From Chiloscyllium plagiosum (lineage: Eukaryota), in the NCBI RefSeq assembly GCF_004010195.1, contig NC_057718.1:61711318-61775317 (forward strand): a stretch of 64,000 nt of DNA, in the 5' to 3' direction. Shown piece after piece: positions 13,048 through 25,110 of this stretch. How positions within the stretch are numbered: the stretch's first letter is position 1; each line of letters begins with the position of its first letter. The position numbers were made by a program, and so were the translations under genes. Below the pieces are notes generated by a model. The model ran no database searches and had not been told where the DNA came from. It was given only the letters and a program-made list of their open reading frames with translations.

Positions 13048-14217
13048 GAGGTGAGGTTGAGTTGGTTGGGTTCATCCTCATCGAAGTTTAGTAGAATGAA
13101 AATGAATATTTTACAGAACTTGCCATGGTAAATATGGAAAGATTGTTTATCTCTTATCGTAGAGTCGAGGACCATAGGGCATAATCTCAGAATAAGGATT
13201 ATACATTTAAGACAGAGATGAGGAGGAATTTCTTCTTTCAGAGGGTGGTGAATCTGTGAATTTCTCTACTGCACAGGACTATGGAAGTTAGGTCATTTAA
13301 GTATGTTCAAACCTAATACAGACTGATTTTCAATCAGCAGGTGAATCAAGGATCATGGGAAAAAGGTAAGAAACTGGTGTAGCTACTAAAACATAGACAG
13401 ATTGCTAACTTGGCCAACAAGGAAGGGATATTGGTTACATTGGCCAAGTAAAACTCTGAAGGCATACAGCCCACATACCAGACACAGTGTAAACAACAAT
13501 TAAATTAGCATAATGTAAAAGGCAACAGTTATCCTGGACATAAATATCCCCAAAGATTTATCTACCAAACAAAGGAGGACCGAGGTAGAAAGACGTCGGG
13601 GTCCTGCTACACAAACAAACATAGCAAGCCATCCAAATGATTGACAATGTTTCGAACTATTAAGTGTGTTTCCCTGATTGGTCAGACCTATAGAAAGTTC
13701 CAGAAAAACAATCAAAAAGGTACAAAAGCAGGGTTCATCTGCAGACCAATTTCTTTTGGACCCTTTTGGACTTTCTGAGGAGACCAGCATGGCCAAAAAC
13801 AGTGACTAGCTGACTGACTGGAGAGAGACAGGAAGTGGGAAAGCAGCATCGCACTCCCACAGAGACAGAGGGAGAAAGAGTGACTCCCAGAGACTCAGGC
13901 AGTTCTGTAAGCTTAAGGGGCCAAATTGGATGAGTGATGGTAATGTTTAATATTAAAGGTTGTTGTAACTTGTTTTCTAATTAAGTTGATATTGGTACTG
14001 GCTTGTGTTCATAGTGATTGGACCATTTCAGCATTGTGTGGGTCACCTGGGCAAATTCATTCATAATATTTTGAGTGGAGTTGTCTAACTTGTTTTACAG
14101 AGGAACTGGACAACTCTGGAGTTGAGGATTATCAGATCAGCCATGTGCTCATTGAATGGTGGAGCAGATTTATTGGGCTGAATGGACTATTGCTGCTCCA
14201 GTGTTTTATGGTCTTAC
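13048..14217 (+). mobile_element. Older CR1 3' fragment, split by a solo LTR
   Basis: gagatgaggaggaatttcttc..gagggtggtgaatctgtg motif. The tail resumes at 14116 (ggagttgaggattatcagatcagccatg). Confidence 0.8.
13378..14115. mobile_element. Probable solo LTR (738 bp)
   Basis: Starts TGT, is flanked by 4-bp CTGG repeats (13374-13377, 14116-14119) and interrupts a CR1 tail. It ends in CT rather than CA. Confidence 0.5.
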
Positions 14218-14330
14218 ACAATCTTGCTTTCTTTTGCAGTCTCACTGGCAAGACAAAGTCACAGTAAAATGTTTCTTTCAGTAGACTCAGCTAATATTCT
14301 TTAAACGAACAACAGTACCAGAATATTATA

Positions 14331-14346
14331 TGGTGACATTGAGTGA
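14331..14346 (+). promoter_or_regulatory. Primer-binding site of Gypsy element
   Basis: TGGTGACATTGAGTG immediately follows the LTR end tattata. Confidence 0.7.
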
Positions 14347-14696
14347 AATAACTAAATGGGTAATTCTCTGCCATAACCACAGAGCTTCCTACAGATCACA
14401 GGGACCAATCAAGCAGAATCTTGGCCAGTTTGAGGCTAAAGTTTTACAATGCATTGCATTGCTTCCAAACTTGCTGAGTGGTGAGCAGGTCAGTACAGTG
14501 GTGTATACAATGGACAGCTATGGAAACAATATCCTAGTCAGATAAGAGACTGGCAAAGAAGAATCTATATATGAGAAAGTAAAGAAAGACTTGACACCTG
14601 CTTTAGTCAACAGAATCACCCATTGTTGAGCAAGCTAAATTAATAAGTACACTCGTGGTAAAACTAAAATATTGATGCTTCTTTCAATGATCTATA

Positions 14697-16316
14697 CAAT
14701 AGACAATAGACAATAGGTGCAGGAGTAGGCCATTCTGCCCTTCGAGCCTGCACCACCATTCAATATGATCATCCTTAATCAGTATCCTGTTCCTGCCTTA
14801 TCTCCATAACCCTTGATTCCACAATCCTTAAGAGCTCTATTCAACTCTTTCTTAAATGAATCCAGAGACTGGGCCTCCACTGCCCTCTGGGGCAGAGCAT
14901 TCCACACAGCCACCACTCTCTGGATGAAGAAGTTTCTCCTCATCTCTGTCCTAAATGGTCTACCCCATATTTTTAAGCTGTGTCCTCTGGTTCAGCACTC
15001 ACCCATCAGCGGAAACATGTTTCCTGCCTCCAGAGTGTCCAATCCTTTAATAATCTTATATGTCTCAATCAGATCCCCTCACAGTCTTCTAANNNNNNNN
15101 NNNNNNNNNNNNNNNNNNNNNNNNNNNNNNNNNNNNNNNNNNNNNNNNNNNNNNNNNNNNNNNNNNNNNNNNNNNNNNNNNNNNNNNNNNNNNNNNNNNN
15201 NNNNNNNNNNNNNNNNNNNNNNNNNNNNNNNNNNNNNNNNNNNNNNNNNNNNNNNNNNNNNNNNNNNNNNNNNNNNNNNNNNNNNNNNNNNNNNNNNNNN
15301 NNNNNNNNNNNNNNNNNNNNNNNNNNNNNNNNNNNNNNNNNNNNNNNNNNNNNNNNNNNNNNNNNNNNNNNNNNNNNNNNNNNNNNNNNNNNNNNNNNNN
15401 NNNNNNNNNNNNNNNNNNNNNNNNNNNNNNNNNNNNNNNNNNNNNNNNNNNNNNNNNNNNNNNNNNNNNNNNNNNNNNNNNNNNNNNNNNNNNNNNNNNN
15501 NNNNNNNNNNNNNNNNNNNNNNNNNNNNNNNNNNNNNNNNNNNNNNNNNNNNNNNNNNNNNNNNNNNNNNNNNNNNNNNNNNNNNNNNNNNNNNNNNNNN
15601 NNNNNNNNNNNNNNNNNNNNNNNNNNNNNNNNNNNNNNNNNNNNNNNNNATACCATGCACCCTAATTTTGCTCACTAACCTCCTATGTGGGACTTTATCA
15701 AAAGCTTTCTGAAAGTCCAGGTACACTACATCTATTGGATCTCCCTCGTCCATCTTCAGAGTTACATCCTCAAAAAATTCCAGAAGATTAGTCAAGCATG
15801 ATTTCCCCTTCATAAATCCATGCTGACTCTGACCTATCCTGTTACTACTTTCCACATGTGTCGTAATTTCATCCTTTACAATAGGCTCCAGCATCTTTCC
15901 CACCACTGAAGTCAGACTAACTGGTCTATAATTTTCTGCTTTCTCCCTCCCACCTTTCTTAAAAAGTGGTACAACATTAGCCACCCTCCAATCCGCAGGA
16001 ACTGATCCCGAATCTATCGAACTCTGGAAAATAGTCACCAACGCATCCACGATTTCTCGAGCCACCTCCTTCAGTACCCTGGGATGTAGACCATCAGGCC
16101 CCGGGGACTTATGAATCTTCAGACCTAACAGTTTCTCCAACACCAATTCCTGGCAAATATAAATTTCCTTAAGTTCAGGTCCTTCAGCCACTGTTACCTC
16201 AGGGCGATTGCTTGTGTCTTCCAATGTGAACACAGATCTGAAGTACCAATTCAATTCTTTTGCCATTTCCTTGTTCCCCGTAATATATTCCTCTGTTTCT
16301 GTCTTCAAGGGCCCAA
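14697..16316 (-). mobile_element. Young 5'-truncated CR1 LINE (second family)
   Basis: Uninterrupted RT frame KSPGPDGLHPRVLKE...NYRPVSLTS...QHGF..GKSCLTNL...YLDFQKAFDKVPH; (agacaat)n tail. Confidence 0.97.
15093..15649. other. Assembly gap (557 N)
   Basis: Run of N. Confidence 1.
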
Positions 16317-16907
16317 AACAGATTTGCAGAGAACTGTGTGTATGGCAGCTTAAAAGAATTAACCAAGTACAGAGTTATTTTCAGAGTTTTAAGATGAAGC
16401 ATTGTCTGACTACTTACAGTCAAGCAATGAATTAACATGGACAAGGCAATTCAACTGAGCAGACAAGCTGAGGCCAGGAGGTGAAATCAGTGATGGGGTG
16501 AAGGAAGAACCATATCCCAAAAGCAAGCAACTCAGGGCAATTGTTAACTTTAAAAGCAAAGTATGGTTAAACATAAACAGGGGAGACAGGGAGAGCATAC
16601 ATCAACTATCGCAGTGAGTTGTTTTTGGCGTAGCTAAAAAAAACACAAGCATGGAAACTATCCTGAAAAAAAGGCCAATTTTGCAAGGAGGAAGGTCACT
16701 TCTAAGCTGTGTTGTGGCAAAAAGCATGTACCAAAAAATCAAGAGAGAAGCCCTTAAAATTGGCCAGATTCATGAACTAGAAAATATCAATGCTATGGCA
16801 ATGCTTTTGCTTAGCAAGATCAAGAATACAGTAAGACCTGCTTTAAGTTAGACTCCGGTGCAGCAGTTTCAGTTGAACTATGGTTGATAAAAAGTTTTCT
16901 TCAGCAA

Positions 16908-17538
16908 TGATTTGAAGATGCCGGTGTTGGACTGGGGTGGACAAAGTTAAAAATCACACAATGCCAGGTTATAATCCAACAGGTTTATTTGGAAGTACTA
17001 GCTTTGGAAGCGCTGCTCCTTCATCAGGTGGTTGTGGAGTATGAGATCGTAGGACACAGAATTTATAGCAAATGTTTACAGTGTAATGTAACTGAAATGA
17101 TATATTGAAAAAGACCTGAATTGTTTGTTGAGCCCATGTATGAGTCTGTAAATCTTTTTTTAGAAATATAATCAGTCTGAACATTGGGACACAGACAGCC
17201 TCACACACGGCACCTCACATCTTCAATGCATTATCTGGGCCAGCATGACACCTATTGTTAAAGTTAACTTGAGAATGCATCTTTAAGAAAGTTCTGGAAT
17301 TTACATCTGAAAGAACTGAAACCAACATGCCCATTCTAAAAGATGAGAGACTTAACAAACAATTCAGGTCTTTTTCAAATATATAATTTTAGTTACATCA
17401 CACTATAAACTTTTGCTATAAATTCTGTGTCCTACATTCTTAAACTCTACAACCACCTGAAGGAGCAGCGCTCCGAAAGCTAGTGCTTCCAAATAAACCT
17501 GTTGGATTATAATCTGGTGTTGTGTGATTTTTAACTTC
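16908..17538. mobile_element. Penelope-derived inverted-repeat element (family B)
   Basis: Arms of about 190 bp (16947-17130 and 17350-17536) are reverse complements. Each carries a damaged hammerhead. Flanked by cttcagcaa direct repeats. Confidence 0.8.
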
Positions 17539-18015
17539 CTTCAGCAAATGTGCATAAAACTATATGAGGAATATAGAACTCAAGATCATGGATCAATTAA
17601 ATGCATGTGTTCAGTATATGAAGAGAAAACCACTGAAACCTTGTGTGTGATTCGAAACCAGAACTGCTCATTCTGAAGTGGGAGAGCCTGTAATGACATA
17701 ACACCTGATTTTTGGAAAAATAGCTGCTGGAACAGTAAGATGATCAACCTGAAAACTGAATTTCCAGAGCTGTTACAGGACTAGGAAAAGCTGAATAAAG
17801 CATACCACATCCTGAGACTAAGAGCTGAAATAAAGTTAGTGTGTCTGCTTACAACCAGAAAAGGACCTCATCCATTCTTCCAGAAGATTAAGAAGGAAAT
17901 TGACTCGATGTCAAAGACAAGGTTATTTCATGTGGAGAGAATAAACAAGCTGGAGGTTGGGGATGGTCCCGCAGCCAAAACCCACCAAATATGTTCAAAT
18001 CTGTGTCTATCCTAC

Positions 18016-21000
18016 ACAAAATCATGAGGGACATGGATAGGATAAATAGTCAAGGTCTCTTCCCTGGGGTTGGGGAGTCCAGAACTAGAGGGCATAGGTT
18101 TAGGGTGAGAGGGGAAAGATATAAAAGAGACCTAAGGGGAAACATTTTCACTCTGAGGGTGGTACATGTATGGAATGAGCTGCCAGAGGAAGTGGTGGAG
18201 GCTAGTACAATTCCACCATTTAAAAGGCATTTGGATGGGTACATGGGTAGAAGTGACCTGTACAAGAAGGACGGATTGCACCTAAATTGGAAGGGGACTA
18301 ATGTACTGGCAAGAAAATTTGCGAGAACTGCTCAGGAGGATTTAAACTAGTAAGGTGGGAGAGTGGGACCCAGGAAGATAGTGAGGAAAGAGATCGATCT
18401 GAGACAGGTACAGTTGAAAACAGAAGTGAGTTAAACAGTCAGGGCAGACAGGGACAAGCTAGGACTAATAAATTAAATTGCAGTTATTTCAATGCAAGGG
18501 GCCTAACAGGGAAGGCAGATGAACTCAGGACATGGTTAGGAACATGGGACTGGGATATCATAACAATTACAGAACATGGATCAGTGATGGGCAGGACTGG
18601 CAGCTTAATATTCAAGGATACAAATACTACAGAAAGGGAGGCAAGAGAGGAGGGGGAGTGGCATTTTTGATAAGGGATAGCATTACAGCTGTGCTGGGGG
18701 AGGATAGTCCCGGAAATACATCCAGGGAAGTTATTTGGGTGGAACTGAGATTATAGACCCCCCAATAGTCAGAGCGAAATTGAGAAACAAACTTGTAAGG
18801 AGATCTCAGCTATCTGTAAGAATAATAGGGTAGTTATGGTAGGGGATTTTAACTTTCTGAACATCCACTGGGACTGCCATAGTGTTAAAGGTTTAGATGG
18901 AGAGGAATTTGTTAAGTGTGTACAAGACAATTTTCTGATTCAGTATGTGGATGTTCCTCCTTGAGAAGGTGGAAAACGTGACCTACTCTTGCGAAATAAG
19001 GCAGGGCAGGTGACTGAGGTGTCAGTGGGGGAGCACTTTGGGGCCAGCGACCAGTGACCATAATTCTATTTGTTTTAAAATAGTGATGGAAAAGTTGAAG
19101 TTCTAAATTGGAAAAAGGCCAATTTTGATGGTATTAGGCAAGAAATTTTGAAAGCTGATTGGAGACAGATGTTCGCAGGTAAAGCGACGGCTGGAAAATG
19201 GGAAGCCTTCAGAAATGAGATAACAAGAATCCAGGGAAAGTATATTCCTGTCAGGGTGAAAGGAAAGGCTGGTAGGTACAGGGAATGCTGGATGACAAAA
19301 GAAATTGAGGGTTTGGTTAAGAAAAAGAAGGAAGCATATGTGAAGTATAGACAGGATAGATCAAGTGAATCCTTAGAAGAGTATAAAGGAAGTAGTATAC
19401 TTAAGAGGGAAATCAGGAGGGCGAAAAGGGGACATGAGATCGCTTTGGCAAATAGAATTAAGGTGTATTCAAAGGGTTTTTACAAATATATTAAGGACAA
19501 AAGGGTAACTAGGGAGAGAATAGGGTCCCTCAAAGATCAGTAAGGTGGCCTTTGTGTGGAGACACAGATAATGGGGGAGATACTAAATGAATATTTTGCA
19601 TCAGTATTTACTGTGGAAAAGGATATGAAAGATATAGACTGTAGGGAAATAGATGGTGACATCTTGCAAAATGTCCAGATTACAGAGGAAGAAGTGCTGG
19701 ATGTCTTGAAACGGGTAAAGGTGGATAAATGCCAGGACCTGATCAGGTGTACCCGAGAACTCTGTGGGAAGCCAGAGAAGTGATTGCTGGGCTCTTACTA
19801 AGTTATTTGCATCATCGATAGTCACAGGTGAGGTGCCAGAAGACCGATGAGCCTGACCTTGGTGGTGGGCAGGTTTTTGGAGGGAATACTGAGGGACAGG
19901 TTGTACATATATTTGGAAAGGCAAGGACTGGTTAGGGATAGTCAACATGGCTTTGTGCGTGGGAAATCATGTCTCACAAACTTGATTGAGTTTTTTGAAG
20001 AAGTAACAAAGTGGATTGATGAGGGCAGAGCAGTAGATGTGATCTATATGAACTTCAATAAGGCGTTCGACAAGGTTCCCCATAGGAGACTGGTGAGCAA
20101 GGTTAGATCTCATGGAACACAAGGAGAACTCGCCATTTGGATACAGAACTGGTTCAAAGGTAGAAGACAGAGGGTGGTGGTGGAGGGTTGTTTTTCAGAC
20201 TCAAGGTCTGTGACCAGTGGGGTGCCTCAAGGATTGGTGCTGGGTCCTCTACTTTTTGTCATTTACATAAATTATTTGGATGCGAGCATAAGAAGTACAG
20301 TTAGACAGTTTGCAGATGATGCCAAATTTGGAGGTGTAGTGGACAGCAAAGAGGGTTACCTCTGATTACAACAGGATCTGGACCAGATGGGCCAATGGGC
20401 TGAGAAGTGGCAGATGGAGTTCGATTCAGATAAATGCGAGGTGCTGCATTTTGGGAAAGCAAATCTGAGCAGGACTTATACACTTAATGGTAAGGTCCTA
20501 GGAAGTGTTGCTAAACAAAGAGACCTTAGAGTGCAGGTTCATAGCCCCTTGAAAGTGGAGCTGCAGGTAGATAGGATAGTGACAAAGGCGTTTGGTATGC
20601 TTTCCTTGATTGGTCAGAGTATTGAGTACAGGAGTTGGGAGGTCATGTTACAGCTGTATAGGACATTGGTTAGGCCACTGTTGGAATATTGTGTGCAATT
20701 CTGGTCTCCTTCCTATCAGAAAGATGTTGCGAAACTTGAAAGGGTTCAGAAAAGATTTACAAGGATGTTGCCAGGGTTGGAGGATCTGAGCTATAGGAAG
20801 AGGCTGAACAGCTGGTGCTGTTTTCCCTGTAGCGTGGGAGACTGAGGGGTGACCTTATAAAGGTTTACAAAATTATGAGGGGCATGGATAGGATAAATAG
20901 GCAAAGTCTTTTCCCTGGGGTCGGGGAGTCCAGAACTAGAGGGCATAGGTTTAGGGTGAAAGGGGAAAGATATAAAAGAGACCTAAGGGGCAACTTTTTC

Positions 21001-21199
21001 ACGCAGAAGGCAGTACGTGTATGAAATGAGCTGTCAGAGGAAGTGGTGGAAGCTGGTACAATTGCAACATTTGGATGTGTATATGAATAGGAAGGGTTTG
21101 GAGGGATATGGGCCGGGTGCGGGCAGGTGGGACTAGATTGAGTTGGGATATCTGGTCAGCTTGTTTCCGTGCTGTATATCTCTGTGACTCTATGACTCG
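18016..21199 (+). mobile_element. Near full-length CR1 (ORF1 esterase end plus ORF2 APE-RT) preceded by a CR1 3' fragment
   Basis: 18016-18245 is CR1 3' sequence. It is followed by ORF1 SGNH-like KDGLHLNWKGT, APE motifs (GGGVAF, GDFN, SDH), RT (GVPQG, FADD) and a ctatgact tail. Many frameshifts. Confidence 0.95.
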
Positions 21200-21461
21200 A
21201 TAACTGAACAAAGTGTTTGTAAGTGATATTTATTCTATGTCGTCTGTAGATGGAGGTGTAGAAAAATTGGGCCAGTCCAACCTTAACAAAGCTGAATGGA
21301 AATTGTGTTTTTCTAAGTTGCCAGCAATGTTTATTGTATTGTTTGGAGGAGTTTTTTTCAAATGTTTACTCTTTAGCATCACTTTAGCAGCAGAAATCTT
21401 CCTGAGGACAATGTCAAGCATCCTAGAAGGTTATACCCACATGGATAATGCCCAATGATAT

Positions 21462-21725
21462 CATGGTAGCTCAGTGATCAGCACTGGTGCCTCAAAGTGC
21501 CAGGGATCTGGGTTTGATTCCAACCTCAGGCAACTAGCTGAGTGGAGTTTGCACATTCTCCCCATGTCTGTGTAGATTTCGTCCAGGTGCTCTGGTTTCC
21601 TCTCCCACAGTCCAAAGATATGCACAGTAGGTGGATTGGCTATGCTAATATGTCTATAGAGACTAGCGCTTTGCAGGTTAGATGGTAAGTTCGGGGTTTG
21701 GGTGGTGAACTGGGTCTGAATGGGA
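21462..21725 (+). mobile_element. V-SINE (older)
   Basis: catggtagctcagtgatcagcact head and gtggagtttgcacattctcccc V-domain. Confidence 0.9.
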
Positions 21726-22249
21726 AGACACAAGCAATTAAGGAGTTTCCAGCTTCTCGGAATGACAAAGCTCCAGTGATTTTGTGGCAAACATGAATCT
21801 GAAAGATTCTACCCAACTTAGCTATCTTCAATGAGCCTCTATGCCAAATGATACAACAGAAAAATACTTTGCGCTGGGAGAGGCCTTTTGAGAAAATTAA
21901 AATTATTTTGATAATACTTGATATTTTAGCTCATTATGACCAGAACTACTGACAATCATTGCTGCAGATGTAAGATTTGAAGCTGTACAATGTCAAATAT
22001 TGATGGACAGAAAGTGTAGATGAATTTACTGTGCATCCCATTCACTGACAGAGACTGAACAGAGTTCTGTGGTGATACAGAAAGAATCATTTTCTGTACA
22101 TGGACTTGTGAATAGTTTGCAAATTATTGGTCCTGACTTCAAGATAGAGACAGACCATCAACACTTAGTCACACTCAAACTCTAAGCAGTTAGCAAAAAT
22201 GCTTCCACAAGCCTAACAATTCAGACTGACTGCATCAAAGGATTTAGTG

Positions 22250-22348
22250 AAAGTTGCATAGTTCCGGTGGGCCACAGACTTCTCCCTCTTCAGAGGCAGA
22301 CAACTGGAAATGAGTTTAAACTCAGGGTCATCTCACCTCAAGTAAGGG
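22250..22348 (-). mobile_element. SINE 3' fragment (same family as 2035)
   Basis: Reverse complement matches 2152-2240. Confidence 0.6.
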
Positions 22349-23113
22349 CCAATCATTCTAAGAGGTGATATCAAGCTATATTACTTGTGCTATTCATTGT
22401 TAGGAACAAGATGTCATCTTCCTTTCCATCAAGACATTGGGTGAGTCTTTGGATGGAGATCTTCGGACACAGAAGTCAAATATTCTTGATAGTAGTAATT
22501 ATTATTCCCGATGGATAAAATTCAAGCAACTGCAGGGTCGCACGTCTGAGGCAGTGATTACATTTTTGAAGGAGATCTTTCCAATAATTGGAGTCCCAAA
22601 TCTTGTAATCTCAGACAATGGACCACAGTTTGCTAATAATACTTTAACAAGTTAGTAGCATCATATTGATTTAACCATACTCCCAGCTTATCAGAGTACC
22701 CATCAGCCAGTGGTAAAGCTGAAAGAGCAGCGCTTTCAGTCAAAGTATAGCTTAGCTAGAAACAAAGATATTAAACTTTCATGTCTGAGCAAATCCACTT
22801 CAAAATGGTGTAGCTTCATATGAATTCTTCATGGGAAGGAGACTGAGAATTCAGCTCCCAACTCTCCCAAATAGGCCTCTACCCTGTGTCCAAGATGATG
22901 ATGTGAAAAACATGAGGGATAAAGACAAAGGTTACCTTTACAGTGAGATGTGGAACTATGACAAATGTCACAAGCCTGGAAACTACCAGACCTCCAACCA
23001 GAAGAGCCAGGTTGAATTTGAGACCAGGTTTGTTACAGACAGCACATTCACAATCATACCTCATTCAGACCAAAAGTGATATGGTGTGACAGAACAAATG
23101 TATTTTGTTTCTA

Positions 23114-23290
23114 GGAGACAATGAGCTCTGCAGATGCTGGAGATCAGAGTTGAGAGTGTGTTACTGGAAAAGCACAGCAGGTCAGGCAGCATCCTCACCT
23201 GATGAAAGGCTCCAGCCCAAAATGTGGATTTTCCTGCTCCTCGGATGCTGCCTGACCTGCTGTGCTTTTCCAGTAACACACACTCAACCT
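23114..23290. mobile_element. Penelope-derived palindromic mini-element (family A)
   Basis: Inverted arms around a decayed hammerhead (ctgatga at 23199). Approximate 15-bp TSD at 23099-23113 and 23291-23305. Confidence 0.85.
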
Positions 23291-23612
23291 CATATCTTGT
23301 TTCTACACAAGAAGCAACTTTCTACACAATTGAAGCAGTCATCAGTGCAGCAAACAGACCAGAGATGGTGTGTACATTGACAGAGCCAGATGACAGCCTG
23401 ATTGCTGACCCAGAGTTATCTGTCAATTATCCTTCCATCTAGCAAAGTCCAGGACACTGCATTCCCAAACTTCACCAAATGGAGCAAAGAACACATTCAA
23501 GTACATTAGTGAAACCACCACACCCAGTTATCATTGTAAAAAAGCAAATCAGAGACTTAGGAGAGATGTCATAATATGGGTAAAATAAGGGACTTAGGTT
23601 GGGATGGGTGGG

Positions 23613-23823
23613 TGTAGTATAACGGGTTGGGTCTGTCTGTGTAATATACTAATGAGACAGAATATACCAAAAATAATTGAAGAATTATTATATGATCAGG
23701 TCTCTTATGTAGTTTCATTGCAAAATGAAGCCACAGTAAAAGATTCTTCTTCAGTACATGTCTTCCGTACTTCAACAGACTCTAAGTATTCTTAAGCAGC
23801 ACAGCAAGGTCAAGAGTATTATA
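23613..23823 (+). repeat. Gypsy 3' LTR
   Basis: TGTAGTATAA...TATTATA after a G-rich tract. Aligns to 12608-12660 and 14231-14330. Confidence 0.85.
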
Positions 23824-24571
23824 ATCAGTATTTTACCTGGGCTGAACTACCAGAACGCATGGGAGTCTACACCATGTCTCATCCCCAGTATGTGTCCTCT
23901 GACTGCTACAAACTGGAAGAGTTTTAAGTCTAATATCTGGGGATAGGATTTCAGACCATTGCACTGGGAATGCTGTTTTTTCACAGAGGAAAACTTCCTA
24001 TCCATTGGCAATCATCAGTGGTATTCAATGTTGGCTTGTCATACAGAACCTGAATATTGCTGAAAAAAGAGACAGCATGTCAAAGAACTTCATCTTGCAC
24101 TCATCAGGATAGAATCAAATCTCAATGGAAATAACAATTTATACTGCATGAGCTGAGTGTACCAACTGGTTAGCAAGTAAATCCCATTGGTAGAGGCATT
24201 TCCATGAAGAGTACACCAAACTGCCAAGTTTTTGTGTAAATTCAAACCAGGCAAGTCAACTCTGATCAGTCAAGGAATTAGCACGGTGAAAGGGTGTCCC
24301 CCCACATTGTGTGGACATGTTCTTTCTGTTTGTAAAGGACAGGGCCCTGCACATGAAGCTAGTAGCTTCTAGTCATCTAACTGAGCCACACTCTGAGCCC
24401 AACTGATCATCTTAAATTCAACATATTAAATTCAAACAATCTATTAATCAAAATACTCCAAAGGATGTTTTATACTGAAATTATTGCAAAACAATATACC
24501 ATGCATTTTAAAAGTTTTCGGGGAATACAATACAGAAAAATGTAACTAACATTTACTCCCAACTATCATTT

Positions 24572-24767
24572 ATGATTTGGAGATGCCGGTGTTGGACTGG
24601 GGTGTACAAAGTTAAAAATCACACAACACTAGGTTATAGTCCAACAGGTGTAATTGGAAGCACTAGCTTTCAGAACGCTGCTCCTTCATCAGGCGATTGT
24701 GTCCTGATGAAGGAATGGCGCTGCAAAATAAACCTGTTGGACTATAACTTGGTGTTGCGTGATTTTT
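24572..24767. mobile_element. Penelope-derived palindromic mini-element (family B)
   Basis: Same arms as 16908. Perfect 11-bp TSD aactatcattt at 24561-24571 and 24768-24778. Confidence 0.85.
24661..24695 (-). ncRNA. Minimal hammerhead ribozyme motif, core intact
   Basis: CGC-CUGAUGA-A-GGAGC-AGC-GUUCU-GAAA-GCU-A-GUG. Stems I and II pair with G-U wobbles; AGCU palindromic stem III; CUA site. Confidence 0.7.
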
Positions 24768-25029
24768 AACTATCATTTGGTTGACTTATTTATTTAAGTA
24801 GAGCTGGTCCTGTGCAGGAAATACTATTTTCACTCTGCTCCTAAATACCATCCTCACACCAATCCTCAGCTCCACCCCTCACCCAACAGATGACATAAAA
24901 CCTTTATAACTGAATCCAATCAAAACAAATTCCACTGGTACTTTGGGCTACTGTCCAAGAAATATGTCCATTTTATGAGCTTATCTATGTTGCCTGAAGC
25001 CAGCAATGTGCCTGGACATGAATAGTTTG

Positions 25030-25110
25030 ATGCTGCCTGAATTGCTGTGCTCTTCCAGCACCACTGATCCAGAATCTGGTTTCCAGCATCTGCAGTCATT
25101 GTTTTTACCT
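25030..25110 (+). mobile_element. 81-bp Penelope terminal fragment
   Basis: Matches 35339-35418. Perfect 13-bp TSD catgaatagtttg. Confidence 0.9.

Larger units (their letters stand above)
14400..16880 (+). pseudogene. Gypsy gag and protease remnant (interrupted by CR1)
   Basis: EQVSTVVYTM...NDLY|RFAENCVYGSLKE...DEALSDYLQ...DKAIQLSRQAE; aspartic protease motif FKLDSGAAVSV near 16843-16875. Confidence 0.8.
17750..22900 (+). pseudogene. Gypsy pol remnant: RT, RNase H, integrase (interrupted)
   Basis: EFPEL..GLGKL; MVPQPKP..VQICV; LNKV; FSITLAAEIFLRTMSSILEG..HMD; LAHYD; ASHSLTETEQ; IETDHQHL; YYSRWI; GVPNLVISDNGPQF; GKAERA; MGRRLR. Confidence 0.85.
12608..23823 (+). mobile_element. Ancient full-length Ty3/Gypsy LTR retrotransposon with nested insertions
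   Basis: 5-bp TSD ATCAG at 12603-12607 and 23824-23828. The 5' LTR (12608-14330, interrupted) is homologous to the 3' LTR (23613-23823). TGGTG PBS at 14331. Domain order gag, protease, RT, RNase H, integrase. Confidence 0.88.

Noticed and set aside
14813..15712. Long ORFs of 195-299 aa
   Set aside because: Artefacts of reading through N runs, or antisense to CR1.
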